A DNA stretch of 64,000 bases from Bacilli bacterium (GCA_900755065.1 CAAEFC010000040.1:23812-87811), one strand, 5' to 3'. Shown: positions 30,349 to 38,452, numbered from the stretch's first letter. A program made the numbers and translations. The notes: generated by a model from the sequence alone, not told the origin.

Positions 30349-31491
30349 ATGAAGCAAATGATTTACGCCGATAATGCCGCTACAACAAGGCTTGATAGCG
30401 ACGCATATAAAGCAATGTCAAAGATATTGCAAAATGAATATGGCAACCCTTCTCAGCCATATTCCTTTTCTCGTACCGCAAAAAGGTTGATTGCACAAGC
30501 AAGGGAGACGATTGCAGAGTGTATCAATGCATCGCCTGATGAAATATTTTTCACTTCGGGTGGAACAGAAGGCGATAATTGGGGATTGGAAGGAGTGGCA
30601 TTTTCTAATCCCTATAAGAAGATTATCACTTCACAAATCGAACATCATGCTATTTTGAGAACTTGCGAGTTTTTGGAAAAACAGAATTTTCCTATCGCTT
30701 ATCTTCCGGTTACAAAAGACGGGACAGTTTTGCCCGATACATTAAGTGCGCAGATATCTGATACAACTTCGCTAGTTTCCATAATGCTTGCCAATAATGA
30801 AGTCGGAACCATTCAGCCGATAAAAGAGCTTGCCAAAATTGCGCATTCTCACGGAGCATTGTTTCATACCGATGCGGTACAAGCAGTAGGACACATTCCC
30901 GTTGATGTTAAAGGACTAGGTGTGGATATGCTAACTGCTTCTGCGCATAAGTTTAATGGACCGAAAGGAATTGGTTTTCTTTATATAAAGCATGGAATTC
31001 ATATTCTACCATATATGCATGGCGGAGCGCAAGAGAAGGGGCTTCGCGCTGGTACGGAAAATGTTGCGTCCATTGTCGGAATGAGTGTTGCATTAAAGAA
31101 TAATATAAAGAATCAAATTAATAATGACAATTTATATCGTGAAGAGCAATTCTTTTTATCTCGATTGGAACAATGCGGAATTATTCTCGGTAGGGATTTT
31201 TTATGGAATGGGAGTAATGAATTTGGTAAACATTTGCCGGGACTGATTAGTTTGTCTTTCAGAGGGAAAGACGGCGAATCGATTATGCATAGAATGGACT
31301 TAAAAGGTATTGCAATTTCTACCGGGGCGGCATGTGATTCCATTAATACACAGGTTTCGCATGTTATTAAGGCAATACATGTTCCAAATGAGTTTGCGTT
31401 AGGAACAATTCGTATATCTTTTGGAAACAATACAACGCATGACGAAGTCGAGGCAATAGCATATGCATTGAGCGATATTGTGTCAAAATGA
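30349..31491 (+). CDS. Cysteine desulfurase (NifS/IscS class, PLP-dependent)
   Basis: HTDAVQAVGH, PLP-lysine motif SAHKFNGPKGIG and catalytic cysteine loop STGAACDS. 380 aa. AT-rich like the rest of the island. Confidence 0.88.
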   Translation: MKQMIYADNAATTRLDSDAYKAMSKILQNEYGNPSQPYSFSRTAKRLIAQARETIAECINASPDEIFFTSGGTEGDNWGLEGVAFSNPYKKIITSQIEHHAILRTCEFLEKQNFPIAYLPVTKDGTVLPDTLSAQISDTTSLVSIMLANNEVGTIQPIKELAKIAHSHGALFHTDAVQAVGHIPVDVKGLGVDMLTASAHKFNGPKGIGFLYIKHGIHILPYMHGGAQEKGLRAGTENVASIVGMSVALKNNIKNQINNDNLYREEQFFLSRLEQCGIILGRDFLWNGSNEFGKHLPGLISLSFRGKDGESIMHRMDLKGIAISTGAACDSINTQVSHVIKAIHVPNEFALGTIRISFGNNTTHDEVEAIAYALSDIVSK

Positions 31492-31492
31492 G

Positions 31493-32566
31493 ATGGTAAA
31501 TATGAACGAATTGGCAAAAACATCATATACGGAAGTTCTTCATATTATCAAAGCGGCGAGAGAAAGTGCATTTAGCAAAGTAAATGAAGAACTTATTTTG
31601 ATGTATCGGGATATCGGTAAATATATCAGCGAGAAGTCGAAAGACGCCAAGTACGGTGAAAAATATGTAGACGGGCTTGCGGATTTCTTTGCAAGGGAAT
31701 ACCCAGAATTAAAGGGCTTTACACGACGCGGACTGTATCGTATGCGATAGTTTTACAAACTTTATAAAGATGACGAAAAAGTGTCACCGCTGGTGACAAA
31801 ATTGAGTTGGTCGAATCATTTGAAGATTATGTCGGCTTGTAAATCGCAAGAGGAACGCTATTTCTATATGGCACTCTGCGTCAAAGAAAGATATAGCGCG
31901 CGTGAGCTTGCGCGGCAAATCGATAGCGGATATTACGAGCGAAATATACTATCGCAAAAGCCGACTACGCTTGCAATAGCGGAAGCTAAGGAAAAAGCTG
32001 GTAATATCTTTTTGACACCTACACGCTTGATTTTCTCGATTTGTCCGAAACGGTTTTGGAACAAGATCTGCAAAAATCGATTATCCGCAATTTGAAAAAC
32101 TTTGTGTTTGAAGTCTGCAAAGACTTTACGTTTATAGGCGAAAGAATATAGGCTGCAAGTCAGCAATCACGATTATTATGTGGACTTACTTATCTATCAC
32201 AGAGGACTGTCGTGCTTGGTTGCGTTTGAGTTGAAGATAGGCGAATTTAAGCCGGAATATGTCGGCAAAAGAGGACTTTATTTGAAAGCATTGGATAGGG
32301 AGATAAAAAAGGAAAACGAAAATCCGAGCGTTGGTATTATCCTTTACGCCAAGAAAGACGATGAAGTTGTCGAATTTGCTTTAAGCCGTAGTTTATCGCC
32401 AACAACGGTATCCGAATATAAATTGAAACTGATTGATAAGCAATTGTTACAAAACAAATTAAAAGAGTATGTCCTACTTGTAGACAGCCAAGACAACATA
32501 TATGGATTAATCTATAAACAATATCTGCCGAAAAGAAAAAACGAAAGCATAGAAAACATACAATAA
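31493..32566 (+). pseudogene. Decayed DUF1016/YhcG-type PDDEXK nuclease gene
   Basis: Family-typical N-terminus (...YGEKYVDGLADFFAREYPELKGFTRRGLYRMR) is interrupted by an in-frame TAG at 31748-31750, where the family has Gln (MRQFY). It continues FYKLY...LSWSNHLKIM. There are at least two frameshifts (about 32010 and about 32140) before the PDDEXK core VDLLIYHRGLSCLVAFELKIGEFKPEYVGK. Confidence 0.7.
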
Positions 32567-32920
32567 ACGATTTCTACCACGGCAATAAACTCTATAAGGA
32601 AAAGTACGGTTTTATCGAAATAGGTAATCCCAAATATTACAAGAAAGACAACGACTATTTTGTTGTGCCTGAATTCGTGTTGCGTAAATCTACGCCGAAG
32701 GATTGCATCATAGCGTGTAACGGAGAGCAAATAGATATGTTCGCGCTTGCGGAAGGGGGACATTTCCGAACGCGCGATGCAGATGATCCTAAAAAGTTTA
32801 TGAGAATAAAAGATTATTGAAATTATACATACTTCTGGAGATAACAGCAAGTAGCTCAAAAATAAGTATAGGCATATCGGCGAGCTGTGCGAAGAATACG
32901 GTTAGGGTTTGGTATTGGAT

Positions 32921-33229
32921 ATGTTTTATGAAACGGAAAATAAAGCGTGTTTTCGAGATTGGAATTGGGAAGAGTATAAGTTCAAGAACGACGGGAGTTG
33001 GCACGAGTTAGATGACGTAGTGGATTATAACATCGGACGCAGATATTTTCGGCAAACATATTTGGAAAGTGTCAATGCGGATGAGGTTTATGGCGTGAAG
33101 AATGCGAGATACTTTAATAAAGGCAATCCACAGATACACTTGTTCGATCCGAGAACAGGGAAAACTATATCACGTTTACTTATTGGGGAACTATTACATT
33201 TGACTTGGAATGCCGACGAAGATAGATAA
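32921..33229 (+). CDS. Hypothetical protein
   Basis: About 102-aa ORF from the ATG at 32921 (tracked ORF starts at a TTG at 32909). No recognisable domain. Followed by a hairpin (CGTACGA/TCGTGCG) plus a T-run at about 33296-33325. Confidence 0.4.
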   Translation: MFYETENKACFRDWNWEEYKFKNDGSWHELDDVVDYNIGRRYFRQTYLESVNADEVYGVKNARYFNKGNPQIHLFDPRTGKTISRLLIGELLHLTWNADEDR

Positions 33230-33505
33230 TACGAATTGCAGCTGATAGACAAATTTACAAGCAAATAACAGATATAAAATATGCAAGCCAGAGGGCCGTA
33301 CGATTGATTTCGTGCGTTTTTTTGCTTTTAAATTTTTTTCAATAAGAAGTGGTGTCTATGTGCAATGGTAGACTTGTAGGTGATCTTAAAATTCTTGTAA
33401 CAAGAAACAGATAACGGAGGAATAATGGAACAAACACTATTAAAACAATTCACGTTTATCAAATACTATTGCATAAAAAAAGAAATATTATCTGATTTAT
33501 GGTAA

Positions 33506-33693
33506 CGAAAAGATGTAGCAAAGTTTATTGCGATAGTCAAGGGCTATACCGAAGTAATCGAGCTTACATCCGAAATCCCGAACAGCTTTATAGTCAAGAC
33601 TTTCATAGGTGTGCCCCCAGAGTAGATGGAAAGCGTAAACAAGAAGTGAAGATTATTTATAAGCTTGTAGGTGCGATGAAGATACCGCAGTAA
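33506..33693 (+). pseudogene. C-terminal remnant (DUF4368-like) of a large serine recombinase, frameshifted
   Basis: Frame 2 reads RKDVAKFIAIVKGYTEVIELTSEIPNSFIVKTFIGVPPE*. Frame 1 continues RVDGKRKQEVKIIYKLVGAMKIPQ*. The frames join at a C5 run (33614-33618). The pattern resembles the ...FL.LVRKYTD..ELT...L..FI.KI.VH....DGKR.Q.I.I.Y.FVG tail of TndX/TnpX-type recombinases. No catalytic domain lies upstream. Confidence 0.45.
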
Positions 33694-33706
33694 CAAATAA
33701 GTGTGT

Positions 33707-33749
33707 AATTGCCTTGGGGGATAAAATAAAAAACTCCCCAAGGGCAATT
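33707..33749. repeat. 13-bp perfect inverted repeat just after the recombinase remnant
   Basis: AATTGCCTTGGGG, 16-nt spacer, CCCCAAGGGCAATT. No T-run follows, so it is not a classical terminator. Confidence 0.6.
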
Positions 33750-33948
33750 AACACAATGAGAATATCTATGCAAACGGCGTTGCTTGAGAGTAATGTAAAA
33801 CAAGGTCGTATCCCTTGCAAAGAACTGCTTTGTGCTTTATCGATCAAAGCAGTTTTTTTAAACGAACGAAATGGATTATGAACGATTAGAATTGAATGGG
33901 TTCCACTGTGTAAAAAAATGAGGTATAATTAAAAAAGGTGGGAAGAAC

Positions 33949-34302
33949 ATGAAAAGAAACAGAAAAATCGCAAATATACTTTTTTACTTATCAATTGCCG
34001 TTTATGCACTGACGACGATCTACTTCTTGACTGTATATATACAGAATTATCTGGACGGATGCAATAAAGTCGGCGAAAGCAATCCATGGGCCGGATTATT
34101 GGTTGTGGTTATAGTTTATATGATCGTAGGCACCATTGCCTATTCACTTGAATTTATATTGAATCTTATCGCCCTGATATTGGCGAATGTGAAAAGAGGA
34201 GAAAATAAGTTTTACGGAATCCGCTTTATTGTAATGGGCTTGGCAGGCTTTTTGACCGAGGCGCTAATCTATCTGATCACGAATTTCTGTATTGTACCAT
34301 AA
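33949..34302 (+). CDS. Small integral membrane protein
   Basis: 117 aa with 3-4 hydrophobic helices, a GGTGGG RBS and a TATAAT at about 33924. Confidence 0.5.
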   Translation: MKRNRKIANILFYLSIAVYALTTIYFLTVYIQNYLDGCNKVGESNPWAGLLVVVIVYMIVGTIAYSLEFILNLIALILANVKRGENKFYGIRFIVMGLAGFLTEALIYLITNFCIVP

Positions 34303-34448
34303 GCCAAAATTGTTTGAGTTTTTGCCGGGAAACGGACCTGAATTTTCGCTTTAAAAAAGTATAGTGTTCCATTTTTCAAGAGTAAAATCCGAAACAGCAA
34401 ACAACAAGAATTCAATATCGTGCTATAATTGAATCGGAGGTTTTGAAA

Positions 34449-35069
34449 ATGGCAAAGGTTTTAATTCTTAACGGAAGTCCGCATCCGAAAGGGTGTACGG
34501 CACGAGCGTTGAAAGAAGTGGAAAAAGTATTGCAAGAAGAAGGAATGGAGACAGAAACCATACAGGTGGGAAGTCAACCTGTGCGCGGATGCATCGCCTG
34601 TAAATCCTGTTACCGAAACGGGAAATGCGTGTTTGATGATCTGGTCAATCAAATCGCACCAAAATTTGAAAAAGCAGACGGGCTCCTTGTCGGATCGCCG
34701 GTTTATTACGCATCGGCGAACGGAACATTGATATCGTTTCTCGACCGGCTGTTTTACAGCACGCACTTCGATAAGGCTTTTAAAGTCGGAGCAGCGGTCG
34801 TTTCGGCCCGGAGAGGCGGTTGCAGCGCGACATACGACGAACTGAACAAATATTTTACGATCAGTCAGATGATGGTGGTTTCCAGTCAATACTGGAATCA
34901 GGTTCACGGAAACACACCGGAAGAAGTAGAGAAGGATTCAGAAGGTTTGCAAACCATGCGAACGCTAGGACGGAATATGGCGTTTTTAATCAAGGCCATC
35001 GATCTCGGCAAAGAAAAATACGGCCTTCCTAAGCGGGAAAAGAAAATCTCGACGAATTTTATCCATTGA
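34449..35069 (+). CDS. Flavodoxin-fold NADPH-dependent FMN reductase / iron-sulfur flavoprotein
   Basis: MAKVLILNGSPHPKGCT...CIACKSC...GSPVYYASANG, typical of the FMN_red family. GGAGG RBS 8 nt before the ATG at 34449. Confidence 0.75.
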   Translation: MAKVLILNGSPHPKGCTARALKEVEKVLQEEGMETETIQVGSQPVRGCIACKSCYRNGKCVFDDLVNQIAPKFEKADGLLVGSPVYYASANGTLISFLDRLFYSTHFDKAFKVGAAVVSARRGGCSATYDELNKYFTISQMMVVSSQYWNQVHGNTPEEVEKDSEGLQTMRTLGRNMAFLIKAIDLGKEKYGLPKREKKISTNFIH

Positions 35070-35146
35070 GAAAATTTTTTGGGAAATATCGCTTGTGATT
35101 GCGATTAGATAGATGAAGGGAACTTTTTGCAAAACTGAAATTTTGT

Positions 35147-35175
35147 TTGATTTGCCCTATAACTTCAGTTATAGT
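35147..35175 (+). promoter_or_regulatory. Promoter of the rpsF-ssb-rpsR operon
   Basis: TTGATT (35147-35152), 17 nt, TATAGT (35170-35175). A structured leader of about 70 nt follows. Confidence 0.55.
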
Positions 35176-35249
35176 AAGGATGAGTGTGAAGGCTCATTGA
35201 CTCTCTGCTACCAAGAAGTAGCCAGAAAAGACCATAGGGAGGTGTAAGT

Positions 35250-35534
35250 ATGAAAAAGTACGAAATCATGTATATCCTGAAGGCCGATCTTGATGATGCG
35301 AATCGGAATGAACTGATTGGCAAACTCAACAACATTCTCACCGTCGACGGAGGAACCGTCGATAATGTCAACGAATGGGGATTGAGAGATTTGGCTTATG
35401 AGATCAAAAAAGAGATCAAGGGATATTATGTCGTTGTCGATGCAACGGTTGCCAATGTCGGCGTGATCAACGAATTCAACCGGATTGCCAGGATCAACAC
35501 AAATGTCATTCGTCATTTAGTTATTGCAAAATAA
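35250..35534 (+). CDS. rpsF: 30S ribosomal protein S6
   Basis: MKKYEIMYILKADLDD...WGLRDLAYEIKK. GGGAGG RBS. Confidence 0.95.
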   Translation: MKKYEIMYILKADLDDANRNELIGKLNNILTVDGGTVDNVNEWGLRDLAYEIKKEIKGYYVVVDATVANVGVINEFNRIARINTNVIRHLVIAK

Positions 35535-35556
35535 CCTTCGATCGGAGGAAAAGAAA

Positions 35557-36018
35557 ATGATAAATCGTGTAGTTTTAGTCGGTCGTCTGACCAGAGATTC
35601 GGAATTGAGAAGAACCCCGAGCGGAGCATCAGTTGCCTCCTTCACAATTGCAGTTGATAACCGCGCAAAGGGACCGAACGGAGAAAAGAGTGCTTCGTTT
35701 ATTCCGTGTACCGTATGGAATCAGCAAGCGGAAAACGTGAACCGTTTTACGCATAAAGGCTCCTTGGTCGGCGTAGAAGGCAGATTGAATCAGCGCACCT
35801 ACGACTCGAAAGACGGACGTCGCGTCAGCGTGATCGAAGTGATCTGCGATTCGGTACAGTTTCTCGAAAGAAGAGAAGATTCTTCCGCGCCGCAGGTGGT
35901 GGAGCCGGGAACCGGCGATTACGGCTATCAGCCGGATCCGTTACCGGTCGAACCGACTCATCCGGAAAATAAAAACGTGTCTTCTATCGACGTTACGGAC
36001 GATGATTTGCCGTTTTAG
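35557..36018 (+). CDS. ssb: Single-stranded DNA-binding protein
   Basis: MINRVVLVGRLTRDSELRRTPSGASVASFTIAV OB fold and an acidic C-terminal tip DDDLPF. GGAGG RBS before the ATG at 35557. Confidence 0.95.
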   Translation: MINRVVLVGRLTRDSELRRTPSGASVASFTIAVDNRAKGPNGEKSASFIPCTVWNQQAENVNRFTHKGSLVGVEGRLNQRTYDSKDGRRVSVIEVICDSVQFLERREDSSAPQVVEPGTGDYGYQPDPLPVEPTHPENKNVSSIDVTDDDLPF

Positions 36019-36060
36019 GCAAACGATGTTTCCCGAAGGGGAAATAGAAAGGGTAGAAAA

Positions 36061-36288
36061 ATGGGATTTAAAAAAGTAAGACCTAGAAAAAAGGTATGTA
36101 TTTTCTGCAAAAACAAGAATCAGGCTATTGATTACAAAGATGTGGAATTGCTGAAAAAATTTATCTCTCCGAACGGAAAGATATCTCCTCGGCGCGTGAC
36201 CGGGACCTGTGCCAAACACCAGAGATCGGTGGAACAGGCCATTAAAAACGCGCGCTTCATGGCATTGCTTCCATACGTAGCGGATTAA
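36061..36288 (+). CDS. rpsR: 30S ribosomal protein S18
   Basis: [43 protein letters not shown]. Confidence 0.95.
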   Translation: MGFKKVRPRKKVCIFCKNKNQAIDYKDVELLKKFISPNGKISPRRVTGTCAKHQRSVEQAIKNARFMALLPYVAD

Positions 36289-36295
36289 CGAAACG

Positions 36296-36330
36296 ATCGT
36301 CGCCGGGCAAACCGGCGATGATTTTTTTTG
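36296..36330 (+). terminator. Rho-independent terminator after rpsR
   Basis: ATCGTCGCCGG / CCGGCGATGAT stem followed by T8. Confidence 0.75.
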
Positions 36331-36454
36331 CCGAAAAAATAAAAAATGCCGTCGTTTCGGTTCGTTCACCCGAAGTTTTTCGGCGCATCGAAAAAAGATT
36401 TACTATATATTACTTGAAATATATAGTATAATAAACGTTAAGAGGTGAGCCCGA

Positions 36455-38440
36455 ATGCAAAAATTGCTGAAAAAATCGATGGTACTCGCGTTTTGGCTGT
36501 TCTTTTTTCAGTTAGCCGCGGTTACTTCGCTTTTTATCCTGTTTATGATCGAGAAGAGCGATCTGCTGTTTCAGATCCTCACGGGCGTTTTGTGCGCTTC
36601 CTTATTCATCGATCTTTGTTTTGTCTGGATCGTTTTGGCCAGAATTTCAAAATCGAAACTGAAAAACGATGTTGCGACGGTCGAAATCATCGGCGACGAC
36701 ATTCAGGACGTATACAGTTTTGCGCAGATCGGGTTGGTTCTGATCGACGATAAAGACGACGTCATCTGGGTCAACGATTGGTTCAGCGACGAGCAGATCA
36801 ATATCGTCGACACGAATATTTTCGTATGGAAAGAGGAATTGCGGAAACTGAAAAACGGAGAAGATCTGGTCAAGGTACAGCACAACAACCGCATTTACGA
36901 AGTTAAGTTTCTGAAAGACGCGAATCTCTTTATTTTCAAGGACATCACGGAATTCAATGCGATCACGCTTTTCTCGAAGGCGCACGCGCCGGCAATCGGT
37001 ATTATTTCTATCGACAACTATCAGGATATCGTCGCCCTGGTGGACGACGTCAAAGCAAACGAAATGCTTTCTTTGATTCAGAAGAGCATCATCGGATATG
37101 CCAAAAAGTACAACGTCTTCATCAAGAAGTACCGGGCGGACAGTTATTTGATGATTTCCAATTACGAACAGTACGAAAAAATGCTCGACGATCACTTTTC
37201 GATCCTGAACGAAGTTCGGGAAGAGAATGTCGGAGAAGATTATGAACTGACGCTTTCGATCGGTTTTGCCTTAGGCATCGACGATATGGTCAAACTCAAC
37301 GACCAGGCGACTTCGGCTTTGGACGTCGCTCTGTCCCGCGGCGGCGATCAGGTCGTCATTTCGCCTTACGGAGAAAATCTGATTTTCATCGGCGGAAAAA
37401 CCGAAGCGAAAGTCAAACGGAACAGAGTCAAAATCCGGGTGCTTTCCCGCTCGATCGAAACGCTGATCAAAGATTCTTCCAACGTTCTGATCATGGGACA
37501 TAAAGACATGGATATGGACGCGCTGGGATCGGCGCTTGGCTTGTATTTTTTCGTTCAGGAATGCGGGAAAGAAGTCAAAATCGTCTATGACGAAAAACTG
37601 GTTGAGGACAAAGCGAGAAAAGCCTTTAAAAAATCGTTTACCGGTCCGGAAATCAAAAAGATGACGATTTCTTCCAAAGCGGCTTTGGAAGAGCAGAAGT
37701 ACACCACTTTGCTGATTCTCACCGACGTTCACCGGCCATCCATCACGATGAATCCGAAGATCGTGGAATCGGCGGTCAAAGTCGCCATCGTCGATCACCA
37801 CCGACGCGGAGAAGAGTTTGTCGAGAAACCGGCGTTTTCGCATATCGAACCGTCGGCTTCCAGTGCTTCGGAACTGGTCGCCGAACTGATTCGGTATAAC
37901 GAAAAGCGGATGATCATTCCGCCTCGCATCGCGACGATGATGTTAAGCGGCATCTTGCTCGATACCAACTACTATCGGAATAAAACGGGACCGAGAACTT
38001 ACGACGCTTCGCTGATTCTCAAAGAATTCGGCGCCGATAATCCGACTGCGGATTCGTTCCTGAAAGAAGAATTTGAAGAGTATGCGCTGAAAATGAAAAT
38101 CATGGCGACGGCAAAGACGCCGTATTTCGGAATCATCGTCTGTCAGGCAGACGACGAAGACATCATCGAGCGCTCGACGTTAGCGATTTGTGCGCAGGAA
38201 GCCCTTCAAATCAAGGGAATCAACGCTTGTTTCGTCGTCGGACGAATCGAGCAGAAAAAGGTCGGAATATCCGCGAGAAGCGACGGAAGCATCAATGTTC
38301 AGTTGCTGATGGAAAAAATCGGCGGCGGCGGTCATTTCGCCAGCGCGGCGACGCAATTCGACAACAAGAGCATCAAAGACGTATATGAAATCTTGCTGAA
38401 AACATTCGATCTGTATCTGAATGACGCAAGAGCATCGTAG
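36455..38440 (+). CDS. gdpP: Cyclic-di-AMP phosphodiesterase GdpP (TM-PAS-degenerate GGDEF-DHH/DHHA1)
   Basis: Two N-terminal TM helices, DHH motifs (LIMGHKDMDMDALGSA, VAIVDHHRRG) and the DHHA1 motif GGGGHFASAA. Conserved position upstream of rplI-dnaB. Confidence 0.88.
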   Translation: MQKLLKKSMVLAFWLFFFQLAAVTSLFILFMIEKSDLLFQILTGVLCASLFIDLCFVWIVLARISKSKLKNDVATVEIIGDDIQDVYSFAQIGLVLIDDKDDVIWVNDWFSDEQINIVDTNIFVWKEELRKLKNGEDLVKVQHNNRIYEVKFLKDANLFIFKDITEFNAITLFSKAHAPAIGIISIDNYQDIVALVDDVKANEMLSLIQKSIIGYAKKYNVFIKKYRADSYLMISNYEQYEKMLDDHFSILNEVREENVGEDYELTLSIGFALGIDDMVKLNDQATSALDVALSRGGDQVVISPYGENLIFIGGKTEAKVKRNRVKIRVLSRSIETLIKDSSNVLIMGHKDMDMDALGSALGLYFFVQECGKEVKIVYDEKLVEDKARKAFKKSFTGPEIKKMTISSKAALEEQKYTTLLILTDVHRPSITMNPKIVESAVKVAIVDHHRRGEEFVEKPAFSHIEPSASSASELVAELIRYNEKRMIIPPRIATMMLSGILLDTNYYRNKTGPRTYDASLILKEFGADNPTADSFLKEEFEEYALKMKIMATAKTPYFGIIVCQADDEDIIERSTLAICAQEALQIKGINACFVVGRIEQKKVGISARSDGSINVQLLMEKIGGGGHFASAATQFDNKSIKDVYEILLKTFDLYLNDARAS

Positions 38441-38452
38441 GAGGTAGAAAAG

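Larger units (their letters stand above)
15225..34440. mobile_element. Degenerate integrated element / genomic (defence) island at the rlmCD 3' end
   Basis: Composition switches by eye to AT-rich from about 15225 until about 33.9-34.4 kb. Contents: gene fragments, a BREX-like operon, a decayed PDDEXK nuclease gene and a serine-recombinase C-terminal stub. No intact recombinase. Boundaries are approximate. Confidence 0.6.

Noticed and set aside
32518-32819. Open frame without an ATG start (…NDFYHGNKLYKEKYGFIEIGNPKYYKKDNDYFVVPEFVLRK…FMRIKDY*) between the nuclease pseudogene and ORF 32921..33229.
   Set aside because: The only internal starts (GTG/ATG) would give peptides of 50 aa or fewer. It is probably a 5'-truncated gene remnant, with no family recognised.
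33425-33505. 26-codon mini-ORF (MEQTLLKQFTFIKYYCIKKEILSDLW) with a strong GGAGG RBS just upstream of the recombinase stub.
   Set aside because: It is too short and has no recognisable features. It may be a relic RBS or leader, and I cannot support it as a gene.
15225-34440. Search for attL/attR direct repeats, or a displaced native rlmCD tail at the right island border.
   Set aside because: None was found by eye. Serine-recombinase crossover cores can be as short as 2 bp and the right end may have been deleted. Comparison with an empty site is required.
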